A stretch of 64,000 bases of DNA. Source: Mustelus asterias. Taxonomy: Eukaryota. The notes under the pieces are model-generated. The model saw nothing but the letters and a program-made list of their open reading frames with translations, had not been told where the DNA came from and did not search any database. The DNA is taken from contig NW_027590164.1 of NCBI RefSeq assembly GCF_964213995.1, forward strand, positions 806,001 through 870,000, in the 5' to 3' direction. A program made the translations under genes and the position numbers. Positions 1 to 11,377 of the stretch are shown here, piece by piece (within the stretch, counting starts at the first letter, position 1; every line of letters begins with the position of its first letter).

Positions 1-282
1 GTCTCTTTGCCCGACCCATGGCAGAGATCCTGACACTTTGGTCAGACCAGCCTTCAGGTAGAGAACACAACAATAAGAAGTTTGTGTGTTCATGGCTCCC
101 AGTATTAGATAGATCAACAAACATTCTAACTGCTAATTCCATTCAGAAGAGACAAATAATTCTCTTGATTTGAGTTTGCTGTGTGTAAACCATCCCCTTG
201 TAAAAGAGTTTCCAAAATCCATCACTCAGTCCGCCTGCTGAAGGGAGCACTGCGCACGCGCGCTGCTGCACTGCTACTGATA

Positions 283-336
283 AAGATGGCGCTACGCATG
301 CGCTTTTCTACACATTGCCCCCTACAAAGATGGCGG
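283..336. promoter_or_regulatory. YY1 and NRF1 motif cluster, probably first intron of a leftward (minus-strand) gene
   Basis: AAGATGGCG at 283 and AAGATGGCGG at 327 (YY1), CGCATGCGC at 295 (NRF1-like); minus-strand donor GCGG|GTGAGT near 466; same motif set as 7274-7312 after the ZNF first exon. Confidence 0.5.
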
Positions 337-594
337 TCGGTATCCGGGTCTTTCAACCGTTGAACCGGCTGCTTCTCATTCCGGGATTGAGGCCTCTATC
401 GAAGTTTATCTGAAACATCGGCACACACCCACCGGCTCCAGCACCCTTCCGCACTCAGACATTACTCACCCGCTTGATATTTAACACGACCGCCTCTGTT
501 CTGGTTTTTGTGGCCGATACCACTGATTTCTAAACCTTTCCCTCCGACGCCATCCTTCCCGCTCACCCGGCACTTACTCACTGGCTGCATATAC

Positions 595-1336
595 ACACTG
601 CGCATGCTCCACATCACAATGCCCGGGGATTGATTGACGGCAGCTCCGGGCCAATAGGAAGAGGGGGGCGGGGCTGGGGGACCGAGCGGGAGCGGCTGAT
701 CCTCCAACCAATCGGAGTGAACGAGGGGCGGGAACTGAAGCATGCGCAGTGCGGGTAATGGCGACGGACAGACGGACGGTTTTAACTTGGAAGCGAGATC
801 AATGCGAGGTAGAGGGCGGCGTGCTGGGAATGATAAATGTGGCGGGTGGGTGGAGAGGCTTTGTAAACATGTTGTTCAAACCCAAACCCCGGAAATGAAC
901 TTCCCGGTCCCCCCCTTTGTACCAAATGGAGCGGCAGCTTGTAGTGTGAGACCCGGGCTGACTGCCGCCATTGAGGCTGCATGTGGGAGGCCGGCAGGGA
1001 TTGTGATCGGAGAGTGAAGCCCTGACGTCACAATGGAATGGGTGAGGGTGTGACGTCACAATGGAATGGGTGAGGGTGTGACGTCACAATGGAATGGGTG
1101 AGGGTGTGACGTCACAATGGAATGGGTCGGAGTGTGAGGTCAAAATGGAATGGGTGAGTGTGTGACATTACAATGGAATGGGTGAGTGTGTGACATCACA
1201 ATGGAATGGGTGAGAGTGTGACATCACAATGGAATGGGTGAGTGTGTGACATCACAATGGAATGGGTGAGTGTGTGACGTCACAATGGAATGGGTGAGGG
1301 TGTGACGTCACAATGGAATGGGTGAGAGTTCCAGAT
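595..1336 (-). promoter_or_regulatory. CpG-rich promoter, left arm of an inverted duplication (GC boxes, CCAAT boxes, NRF1 sites)
   Basis: CCAAT at ~651 and ~708, GGGGCGGG boxes, GCATGCGCA; reverse complement of 2482-3044. Confidence 0.7.
1023..1330. repeat. 28-bp minisatellite, 11 copies (TGACGTCACAATGGAATGGGTGAGGGTG)
   Basis: Units start at 1023, 1051, 1079 ... 1303 with exact 28-bp period; 6 units keep perfect TGACGTCA. Confidence 0.95.
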
Positions 1337-1338
1337 GA

Positions 1339-1693
1339 GCCCCCCGACTTGCGCCCCCCCCGACTTGCGCCCCCCCGACTTACGCCCCCCCGACTTGCGC
1401 CCCCCTGACTTGCGCCCCCCCGACTTGCGGTGCGCCCCGACTTGCGGTGCGCCCCGACTTGCGGTGTGCCCCGACTTGCGCCCCCCCGACTTGCGCCCCC
1501 CCGACTGGCGCCCCCCCGACTTGCGCCCCCCCCCGACTTGCGCCCCCCCCGACTTGCGCCCCCCCGACTTGCGCCCCCCCGACTTGCGCCCCCCCGACTT
1601 GCGCCCCCTCCCGACTTGCGGCCCCCCCGACTTGCGCCCCCCCCAACTTGCGCCCCCCCCGACTTGCGCCCCCCCCGACTTGCGCCCCCCCCC
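1339..1693. repeat. ~15-bp C-rich minisatellite (GCCCCCCCGACTTGC)n
   Basis: About two dozen units with variable C-run length; source of the repetitive PPDLR/GGRKS ORFs. Confidence 0.95.
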
Positions 1694-2007
1694 GCTTCCC
1701 GTCTCCAGCTGTTCCCCCCAACTCCTTTCCAACAGACCCAAAACCCGCTGCTGAATCACCCCCCCCCTCCCCTTACTGCCAATGCCCTATAGATTCCTCT
1801 CTCGGCTCAATCCCCCCCGAACACCTCTCCTGAACCCACTCCCAATCCTTTTAAACCCGCCACCCTCAGTCTCTCACCCCCAAATTCCCCTCCCCCCCGC
1901 CTCCAGCCTCCCCCCCCAAACCCCTCCTTAAATCCCCACTCCAGAAACCCACTCTAAATCCCTCCACTTCAACGCCTCTAACCCTCCCTGCTGCCCAATC
2001 TCTCTCT

Positions 2008-2131
2008 GCCCCTCCCCCCGATCCTCTCGGCCCCTCCCCCCGATCCTCTCGGCCCCTCCCCCCGATCCTCTCGGCCCCTCCCCCCGATCCTCTCGGCCCC
2101 TCCCCCGATCCTCTCGGCCCCTCCCCCCGAT
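2008..2131. repeat. ~22-bp tandem repeat (CCCCTCCCCCCGATCCTCTCGG)
   Basis: About 5 direct copies visible. Confidence 0.9.
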
Positions 2132-2134
2132 TAA

Positions 2135-2283
2135 AAATTGCCCCTTAGAGTCCTGCGATGCATATGTTAGAGGGATTAGCGGGTAAAATATGTGGGGGTA
2201 GGGCCTGGGTGGGATTGTGGTCGGTGCAGACTCGATGGGCCGAATGGCCTCCTTCTGCACTGTAGGGTTTCTATGATTCTATG
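2135..2283 (+). mobile_element. HE1/V-SINE 3' half with CR1-type tail
   Basis: GGTGCAGACTCGATGGGCCGAATGGCCTCCTTCTGCACTGTAGG...(TTCTATGA)n tail shared with other copies in the window. Confidence 0.75.
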
Positions 2284-2481
2284 TATGTTAATACATGTGA
2301 CAATAATAAATCAAATCAAATCAAAAGCTCCTCAAAGAACTCTAACAGATTTGTCAGACATTACCTCCCCTTGACAAAGCCGTGCTGACTCAGTCCTACT
2401 TTATCCTGCACTTCCAAGTACTCTGCGATCTCAGCTTTAATAATGGACTCGAAAATCTTGGCAATGACCGAAGTCTGGCGA

Positions 2482-3044
2482 ATTTGGAACCCTCACCCAT
2501 TCCATTGTGACATCACACCCTCACCCATTCCATTGTGACGTCACACTCTCACCCATTCCATTGTGACGTCAGGGCCTCACTCTCCGATCACAATCCCTGC
2601 CGGCCTCCCACATGCAGCCACAATGGCGGCAGTCAGCCCGGGTCTAACACTACAAGCTGCCGCTCCATTTGGTACAAAGGGGGGGACCGGGAAGTTCATT
2701 TCCGGGGTTTGGGTTTGAACAACATGTTTACAAAGTCTCTCCACCCACCCGCCACATTTTTCATTACCCGCGCGCCGCCCTCTACCTCGTATTGATCTCG
2801 CCTCCAAATTAAAACCGTCCTTCTGTCCGTCGCCATTAACTGCACTGCGCATGCTTCAGGTCCCGCCCCTCATTCACTCTGATTGGTTGGAGGACCAGCC
2901 GCTCCCGCTCGATCCTCCAGCCCCGCCCCTCATTCACTCCGATTGGTTGGAGGACCAGCCGCTCCCGCTCGGTCCTCCAGCACCGCCCCCTCTTCCTATT
3001 GGTCTGGAGTGCCCGGGCATTGTGATGTGGAGCATGCGTAGTGT
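2482..3044 (+). promoter_or_regulatory. CpG-rich promoter, right arm of the inverted duplication; likely promoter of the ZNF pseudogene at 4618-5387
   Basis: Reverse complement of 595-1336 with 3 copies of the 28-mer and a 60-bp tandem duplication (2862-2921/2922-2981) of a GC box + ATTGG module. Confidence 0.7.
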
Positions 3045-3669
3045 CATTGCTGGCCTTGGCGCTTGTTTGTCCCGGAGAAGCGGAGTCAGCGTTCGGCGGT
3101 GGCTGGGAGGATTTGGAAACACTTTGTGGATCCGCAAACCCTTCAGAATCATTGTCAGCTCCCTGGTTTGCAGCTGCGGGGCTTCTCCCTCCCGGGAACA
3201 GGCCCAGGTTAACGGCCCCATCCTGGCTCAGCCACTGGAGGATGGTTCACATCAGAGGATGGGGGAGGGGGACAATAAATAAGAGGTTACACTTTGGCCT
3301 GAAATCAATGAGGACTCTGATCTCTGGGAAGGAAGGAAACCCTGGGAGGTGGGCGGGGAGGACTCACAAACACCCGCTGGAGGCCCCAAGACCCCCGTAA
3401 AAAGCTGCAGCTCCCGGGTTTGCAGCTTTTTCCCGGGAGGTAGTTGGGGAAGTTTTGTGGAGACAATTCTCGGTTGGTTCAGTTAGTGGTTCCTGGAGCT
3501 CAGAAACCCTGAGTTAGAATCCTGAACCCCACATTAGGTGGTTGTTTTATTAAATACTTTTTATTTATTCATCATCTGTTGAAGAAAATATTAATTTGTG
3601 TTGAAAAGTCATTTTATAGCATTTGTGAAAATACCCATTAAAATAGCAATTCTCCCAATGTATTTCATA

Positions 3670-3991
3670 TCCCTACAGTGCTGAAGGAGGTTGTTCGGCC
3701 CATCGAGTCTGCACCGACAACAATCCCACCTCGGCCCTATTCCCATAACCCCACGTATGTAACCTGCTAATCCCTCTAACCTACTCATCCCGGGACACGA
3801 AGGGGCAATTTAGCATAGCCAATGCACGTAACTGGCATATCTTTGGACAATGGGAGGAAACCGGAGCATCTGGAGAAAACCCACGCTGACATGGGGAGAA
3901 TGGGCAGACTCCACACGGACAACGACCCAAGTTGGGAATCGAACCCAGGTCCCTGGAGCTGTGAGGCAGCAGTGCTAACCACTGTGCCGCC
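3670..3991 (-). mobile_element. Full-length HE1/V-SINE
   Basis: Minus strand has tRNA-like head (GGCACAGTGGTTAGCACTGCTG...GGTTCGATTCC), central TGTGTGGAGT core and CR1-like tail. Confidence 0.85.
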
Positions 3992-4617
3992 TGCATTGCT
4001 GATGAGAATTTTAATTCACTGACTTGGGAATTAATTCTCGGGAATAGTCATTCTGAAAATGACCATTAAAATGTGTTTAATTTACCCCACTTTGCCAGAT
4101 TTCAGTTTGCATTTCAAAATTGAATTGAGAATGTCTGAGAGCAAATGGTAAAATGAGGTTTGAGACACCAGCTGCAATTATTTTCTGTGACTGATGATAC
4201 CTTTGTGCCTGTGCAGGAGGTAATTCCCCTGCTGTTGTGGCACAAATAAAATGGAGCTTTTCCAAGGAACAGGCTGATGTTAATGGTCATTGTGGTGTTT
4301 CATTGTTGAGCAGAGCACGTGTGCCCATTGTGGTAACAACAGATTCAGTGGGGCTGCACGTCCCCTGCCTTGGAAGGAAAATAATTGACTCCTTGATTGT
4401 ACTCTCAATCTGCACATGGCCTGCAGGACTGAATCCAGCTGGAGGGAGAGGAAGCTGGGCTCAGAGTGGAGATGGGGCAATGAGTTTGATTTCAGCTCAG
4501 GGAAAAGAGAGAGTGTGTGGGATGGGGATTACAGCTCAAGATAAATGAGACAGAGAAATGTTTCGTGGAAACTGAAATTGTCTGTTCTGAAGCAGTTTTT
4601 TAAAACTCTTTGTGCAG

Positions 4618-5387
4618 GGAACTAGAAGAGGAAGATTCACAGACAGGAAACTCAAACTAAACTTCACATCAAAGTCTGACAGAGCCATTCGATTCATCAT
4701 GACCTAAATATGATTGCTTTTGACAGTGGAGGGATAAATCATTCCCTGTTTTGTCAGTGGAAGAAAATTTCGAAATTCAATGTGACATAAAAAGAACTGA
4801 GACACACACATACACCCAAGTGAGAGTGCTCCAGTGAACTGACTGTGGATAGAGCTTTAACCAGTTACATAGCCTGAAAAACATCACACCATGGTCTGTA
4901 TGTGGATGAGGCTTCAACTAATCATCCAACCTGGAGAGACAGAAGGACACCAGCACCATGGACAAACCGTGGAATTGTGAGGATTGTGGTAAAGGATTCA
5001 ATTATCCATCCCGGTTGGAAACCCATCGACACGGTCACATTAGGACTGGGAAAATGGAGAAACCATGGAAATGTGATGATTGTGATAAAGGATTCAATTA
5101 TCTGTCCTTGCTGGAAAACCATAGACTCAGTCACACTGGAGAGAGGCCATCTGTTCTGTGTTTGGGAAAGGATTCACTATCTCATCCCACCTGCTGTTAC
5201 ACCAGCAAATTCACACTGAGGAGAGGCCGTTCAGCTGCTCCACCTGTGGAAAGGGGTTCTCATGTTCATCCAACCTCAGTGCACATCAGCGAGTTCACAC
5301 TGGGGAGAGATTGTTCACCTGCTCCTTGTGTGGGAAGGATTTTGCTGGGCCATCCAGTCTTTGGACACAACAGCGAATTCACACAGG
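4618..5387 (+). pseudogene. C2H2 zinc-finger pseudogene (last exon), frameshifted, with a CR1 inserted at its end
   Basis: Fingers split over ORFs 4958 (MDKPWNCEDCGK...) and 5158 (...[14 protein letters not shown]...HTGERLF); last finger lost a His (LWTQQRIH); candidate acceptor TGTGCAG| at 4617. Confidence 0.8.
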
Positions 5388-6357
5388 ATATATATCGTAT
5401 ATATAAATGATTTGGAGGAAAATGTAACTGGATTGATAGGTATGTTTGCGGACGACACAAAGGTTGGTGGATTTGCGGATAGCGATGAGGACCATCAGAG
5501 GATACAGCAGAATATAGACCAGTTGGAGACTTGGGTGGAGTGATGGTAGATGGAGTTTAATCCGGACAAATGTGAGGTAATGCAGTTTGGAAGGTCTAAT
5601 ACAGATAGGAAATATACAGTAAATGGCAGAACCTTTAACAATATTGATAGGCAGAGGGATCTGGGTGTACAGGTACACAGATTACTGAAAGTGGCAATGC
5701 AGATGGAGAAGGTCGTCAAGAAGGTATACGGCATGCTTACCTTCATCGGCTGGGGGATTGAGTTTAAAAATTGGCAAGTCATGTTGCAGCTTTATAGAAC
5801 CTTAGTTAGGCCGCACTTGGAATATAGTGTTCAATTCTGGCCGCCACACAACAGAAGGAAGGCTTTGGAGAGGGTCCAGAAAAGATTTACCAGGATGTTG
5901 CCTGGTATGGATGGCATTAGCTATGAGGAGAGGTTGGAGAAATTTGGTTTGTTCGCACTTGAGCGATGGAGGTTGAGGGGAGACCTGATAGAAGTCTACA
6001 AGATTATGAGAGGCATGGAAAGAGTGGATTGTCAGAAGCTTTTTCCCAGGGTAGAAGAGTCAATTACTGTGGGGAATAGGTTTAAGGTGCGTGGGGTAAA
6101 GTTTAAAAGAGATGTACGAGGCGGATGTTTTACACAGAGAGTGGTGGGTGCCTGGTATTCATTGCCGGGGGAGGTAGTGGAAGCAGTTACGGTCTTGACT
6201 TTTAAGCGGCGTCTTGACAAGTACATGAATGAGATGGGAATAGAGGGATATGGTCCCTGGGAGGGGAGTGGGTTTTAGTTCAGTCGGGCAGTATGGTTGG
6301 TGCAGGCTTGGAGGGCCGAAGGGCCTGTTCCTGTGCTGTAATTTTCTTTGTTCTTAG
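5388..6357 (+). mobile_element. 5'-truncated CR1 LINE (RT C-terminal part + 3' UTR)
   Basis: YINDL..FADDTK, MEFNPDKC, LVRPHLEY motifs; TTCTTTG tail; CACACAGG duplicated at 5380 and 6358. Confidence 0.95.
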
Positions 6358-7014
6358 CACACAGGCCAATTTATCTTTCTAGGGGGGAGTGTGTCTGAGA
6401 GAAATGCAACTGGAAAACATTTTCCATTCACCTCCTGCATTGCTGCAGTATAAATAGATGTTGTTCTCACTCTGCCAGCAGGGCTGTGGGATTAATTGGA
6501 CAGATCTTAAAGACAGCCCGACTGGGCAGGATGTGCCAAGTGGTTTCCATCTGTGATGTATCATTCCATAAAACAGAATAGTCAGGATCAGGAGAAAGAA
6601 AGTGCAAGAAACCAGTCTCTGTGGGATTTACCCAACCAGTATGAGCACCTTCAGGAGAGCAGAGAGAGGAAGGCTGGTTGGTCGAAGAGCATGATTATTG
6701 CTTCGGGTATTTTTCCAAGTGCAGGTCAGTGGGACTAGGCATAAAATGGTTCGGCACAGACAAGAAGGGCCAAAAGGCCTGTTTCTGAGCTGCAATTTTC
6801 TATGGTTCTATGGTTCTAGGAGAGGAAACCAGTGGGAAAAGTTTTTAAAATTTGGGGTATTCCCACAGGAGAGCACTGGTTTAAATTAATTTTAGAAATA
6901 GAGAATGGCAGCGCACAAATTCCGAGGAATGCATTTTTAAAAATTAATTGATCTTAATTGCACAAGATAATTTTCTATTATTGTCTTTGATTGACAATGA
7001 CGCCATTAATTCCC

Positions 7015-7350
7015 AGGTGCGCCTGCGGGTGTGAAAGTGTCCTATTCATTCCACAGGAGCCTATTGCGCAGGCGCGGTGCTATATCTAGAGCGTGCGCAG
7101 TGTCACTTTGCCCAGAGCCCTAGGAATGCGGGAGATGCTTTTTTCAGCAGGTGAGTCGGTGGGGCTGCGGGAGAAATGGAGCCGGGAGTCGGGTTAGGGA
7201 GGGAGCTCTGGCTTCACAAACATCCGCTGTAGGCCGCACGGCCCGAATAAGACCCTGCAGGTCCCGGTTATCGGCCGCCATCTTGTTTCAGCGGGGAAGG
7301 AGAGCGCATGCGCTGCTGTCGGTGGCGGGTCACAATGGGCGTGGTTTCAG
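7015..7350 (+). promoter_or_regulatory. Promoter / non-coding first exon of the ZNF gene
   Basis: CpG-rich, NRF1-like TGCGCAGGCGC and GCGCATGCGC, donor CAG|GTGAGT at 7150/7151, YY1 GCCGCCATCTTG at ~7274. Confidence 0.6.
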
Positions 7351-7384
7351 GGGCTGGTTCAGAACCTCTGTCTTCAGAGGGACA

Positions 7385-7615
7385 ATAGAATCATAGAAAC
7401 CCTACAGCACAGAAAGAGGCCATTCGGCCCATCGAGTCAGCACCGACCACAATCCCACCCAGGCCCCAGCCCCATATCCCTACATATTTTACCCGCTAAT
7501 CCCTCTAATCTACGCATCCCAGGACACTAAGGGGCAATTTCTTTAGCATAGCCAATCAACCTAACCCGCACATCTTTGGACTGTGGGAGGAAACTGGAGC
7601 ACCCAGAGGAAACCC
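7385..7615 (-). mobile_element. HE1/V-SINE 3' fragment
   Basis: Same tail and body as 3670-3991. Confidence 0.8.
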
Positions 7616-7619
7616 TCAC

Positions 7620-8010
7620 AGAGAGGGTCGGGTCGGGATGGTGACCTCCTTGTGAACCTGCTCCTGGGCCTGGCAAAGCGCGCCATTTATCGGTCCAGGC
7701 AGCAGGCGATCGAGGGGGGCATCCACCCTGACTGTCTGTCCCTCTACCGTGGCTACGTTCGCGGCCAGGTGTCACTGGAGAGGGAACATGCGATGTCCAT
7801 GGGTGCGCTTGACGCCTTCCGCCCCCGTTGGGCACTGCAGGGGTTGGGGTGCGTTATCGACCCTAATAATCACATTATGATTTGATGTTTTTAAGTTTCC
7901 TTTCTACTTTGATTTTTGTTCGGGCTGCTCCCCCTCCTTTTGGGGAGCTGCCCCTTTTACTTTGTCCTGATTTAACTTGAGTTTGTTTATTTGGTTTGAC
8001 CTTAAAAAAG
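7620..8010 (+). mobile_element. Tx1-clade (L1-like) LINE 3' end
   Basis: DLLVNLLLGLAKRAIYRSR...EREHA...F..RW resembles the Tx1 ORF2 C-terminus, followed by a T-rich 3' UTR. Confidence 0.65.
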
Positions 8011-8608
8011 GCCAACATCTGTGAGTGAAACACTTTTTCTTTCCTCCCCCTTTCCATTTCTTTTCTCATTCTGGGGGAAATTGGGGACTTGCAGCAACTG
8101 AAGGGAAAGGAAGTGAATCCAGTCGGTATGTTCCACACATTGTTAGTCCAGTCAGATAGACATATATCTGTCTGGCAGCCTGCATGGAGATTTCCAGCTC
8201 TCTCTGTCCAGGACAGGAAGCAGTGAGCATGGATCTACCAATCAGCCTCAATCAGAGGGTGAATATTAGATACAGCAGAGTGAGAATGGAGGGAGAGTGT
8301 GTGGGATGGAGATTTACAGCTCTTGGGGAATGAGAGAGGAAAGAATGTTCCATAGAAACTAGAATTGTCTGTTCTGAATTTCTATCCTGTACTGACAGTG
8401 ATAACCTTTGTAAACTCCTTTTACAGGATATCAGAAGTTGAGGATTTTACAGACAGAAATCTCAAACCAAACATCACATCAACATCTGACAGAGTCACTC
8501 AATTCATCGGGCCTGAATATCTTCGGTCTTTGAATCCAGAAGGAGAAATGTTTCTCTGTTCTATCGGCTTCAGCAGTCTTTAAACATCATTGTGACTGGA
8601 ACAGGACT

Positions 8609-8640
<32 letters not shown>
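8609..8640. repeat. (CA)n microsatellite
   Basis: Direct. Confidence 0.95.
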
Positions 8641-8644
<4 letters not shown>

Positions 8645-8799
8645 CAACTGAGATTTTCCCATGCATTGACTGTGGAAAGAGTCTCCCAGTTACAGAGCCT
8701 GGAATAATATTGCACCATCACAGCAGGGCACTATAATCTTGTTCTGTGTGAGACTTCAACTGATGGTCAAACCTGGAGCAACACAAGGACACCTGCAAC

Positions 8800-9642
8800 A
8801 TGGAGAAACCGTGGAAATGTGGGGACTGTGGGAAGGGTTGCAAAACCCCCTCTGAGCTGCAAATTCATCGACGTATTCACACCGGAGAGAAGCCATACAC
8901 CTGTTCTGTGTGTGGGAAGAGATTCACTCGGTTATATCATCTGCAGCGACATCGGTTGGTTCACACTGGAGAAAGAGCATTCATGTGCTTTGAGTGTGGG
9001 AACGGATTCGCTCATTTACCCAATCTGCAGAGACACCAGCGCGTTCACACTGGAGAGAGACCATTCATCTGCTTGGTGTGTGGGAAAGGATTTATGCAGT
9101 TATCCAATCTGTCAAAACACAAAGTCACTCACAGCAATGAGAAACCCTTTAAATGCTCTGACTGTGGAAATGGTTTCAAAAGCTCTCGGGAACTGACGAT
9201 CCACCAGCGGATTCACACTGGGGAGAGACCGTTCAGCTGCTCTCACTGCACAAAGACATTTAGAACATCATCCCACCTGTGGGAGCACCAGCGAATTCAC
9301 ACCAGGGAGAGACCGTTCACCTGCTCTGTGTGTGGGAAGGGATTCACTCATTCATCCAGCCTGCTGAGTCACAATCTCACTCACACCCAGGAGAGACCCT
9401 TTAAATGCTCTGACTGTGGCAGTGGTTTCAAAAGTTCTCGGGATCTGGTTATCCACCAGCGCACTCACACTGAGGAGAGACCGTTCAGTTGCTCTCACTG
9501 CACAAAGAAATTTAGAACATCATCCAGCCTGCGGGAGCACCAGCGAGTTCACACTGGGGAGAGACCATTCACCTGCTGTTTGTGTGGGAAGGGATTCACT
9601 CAGTCATCCAGCCTGCGGAGACACCAGCGAGTTCACAAATGA
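8800..9642 (+). CDS. Tandem C2H2 zinc-finger protein, 10 fingers, 280 aa, no KRAB domain
   Basis: Ten CxxC-x12-HxxxH units with TGE(K/R)P-type linkers; intact ORF in a terminal exon (acceptor TTTTACAG| ~8427, AATAAA at ~9843 and ~9882). Confidence 0.93.
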   Translation: MEKPWKCGDCGKGCKTPSELQIHRRIHTGEKPYTCSVCGKRFTRLYHLQRHRLVHTGERAFMCFECGNGFAHLPNLQRHQRVHTGERPFICLVCGKGFMQLSNLSKHKVTHSNEKPFKCSDCGNGFKSSRELTIHQRIHTGERPFSCSHCTKTFRTSSHLWEHQRIHTRERPFTCSVCGKGFTHSSSLLSHNLTHTQERPFKCSDCGSGFKSSRDLVIHQRTHTEERPFSCSHCTKKFRTSSSLREHQRVHTGERPFTCCLCGKGFTQSSSLRRHQRVHK

Positions 9643-10021
9643 TGACAGGGGTTGGATGCTGCTATTAATCACATCCAGGACTGAACCATGTTCATTCTGA
9701 CAGTTGGTGATAGGGGAGGGTCGGAGGGTTTCTTTCTGCTGGACTGGCCGGTCTCACGACTTTGCTTCTTTGAGCCTGGGAGAGCACATTTCCACTGAAA
9801 TGATCCACAAAAGCTGATGAAGGACATTTATTTATCCTGGATAATAAATAATATTTTTCCTACCGCTACAGGTAGATCTGAAATAAATACAGAAAGAACT
9901 GCAAAAATGCATTAGGTCTGGCAACATTTATGGAGAGAGAAAGTGTTAATATTTCACACTACTGGATTGGGAATCAATCTAGTAAATCTCCTCTGAACTG
10001 CTTCCATGGTATTTATAAAAT

Positions 10022-10340
10022 GGGACAGCACGGCAGCACAGTGGTTAGCACTGCTGCATCATAACACCAGGGACCCAGGTTCAATTCCAGCCCGGGTCAC
10101 TGTCTGTGTGGAGTTTGCACATTCTCTGCGTGGGTTTCACCCGGGTGCTCCGGTTTCCTCCCACAGTCCAAAGATGTGTGGGTTAGGTTGATTGGCCATG
10201 ATAAATTGACCTTTAGTGTCAGGCGGACTGGCTGGAGTAAATGCATGTGGTTATGGGAATAGGGCCTGGATGGGATGGTGTTTGGTACAGACTCGATGGA
10301 CAGAACGGCCTCTGTCTGTACTGTCGGGATTCTACAATCC
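10022..10340 (+). mobile_element. HE1/V-SINE
   Basis: tRNA-like head, V core, CR1-like tail. Confidence 0.8.
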
Positions 10341-10787
10341 TTTGTTTAATAGGAGACAAAAACTGCAGCCACTATTCAAGATGCAGTTTCAGCAACGCCC
10401 TGTATAACTGAAGCAGAACATCTTTACTTCAATGTTCAATTTCTCTCAGAATAAAGGATTGCATTCCATATGTAAGAATTTTGATTTGTTTGAACTAAGA
10501 TTTATGGGGTTCACTTGTTTACAACAACCTCCCTAATCATAACTCACCCAGGTTCCAGTGACTTAACCATATGGCAAGAAAGAACACTTTAAATGGTGAA
10601 TTCAGAAAGTTTATTCACCATTAAAAATGTAACAAGTCAGAAAGATAAAAAAGCAAAGTATCGATTAACAGTAAAGGAGAAAGCTTAACTTTAACTTCTC
10701 TCCATCCCTCTCAGACCAGGACATGGAGTGACGGCTCTGAAAACACGGATAACTTGTAAAATCAACAGCTCCCAACACCTCTCTGTA

Positions 10788-11058
10788 GGACACAGTGGTT
10801 CGCACTGCTGCCTCACAGCGCCAGAGACCCGGGTTTGAGTCCCGCCTTGGGTCACTGTCTGTACAGAGTCTGCACATTCCCCCCCTGTCTGTGTGGGTTT
10901 TCTCCCAAAGACCGAAGGACTTGCTGGTTAGGTACATTGAGCATGCTAACTTCTCCCTGAGTTTACCCGAACAGGCGCCAGAGTGGCGACTGGGGGATTT
11001 TCAGAGTAACTTCATTGCAGTGTGAATGTGTGACACTAATAAATAAACTTAAAAAAAA
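10788..11058 (+). mobile_element. V-SINE with alternative tail (...ACTTCATTGCAGTG...GTGACACTAATAAATAAA)
   Basis: Head as HE1 but a different 3' tail; same family at 11378-11680 and 27940-28250. Confidence 0.75.
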
Positions 11059-11377
11059 CCTTGAATTTTTGAAAACTTTTGCCAAATTGGTTTCTTGAAT
11101 CCCCTTTTTTATATTTTCAAAATGTAGAAAGCCCAGCTCAGCCAATTGTTGGGAATTAGCCAATTGGTCGATAACTTGTCAATAATGAAACTGGTTTGGT
11201 TTTTAGCTAGTTGCACACATTGTCTGAATTTTAAGACAATTCTTTCTCTCAAACGATATCACTTAGCTTGGGGTGGCCTGAGTGTCGACCAATAATTGGT
11301 TAACATCAGTCATTCAATGTTGAGACATCTTGAACAGGAGCCGATTCATTCCCTCCAGTCAAGGTTAACAAAGTATT

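Noticed and set aside
1023-1330. CRISPR-like 28-bp repeat array
   Set aside because: Units are head-to-tail with no unique spacers, no cas genes, and the context is eukaryotic
1280-1833. Pro/Gly-rich ORFs on both strands
   Set aside because: Translations of the 15-bp minisatellite
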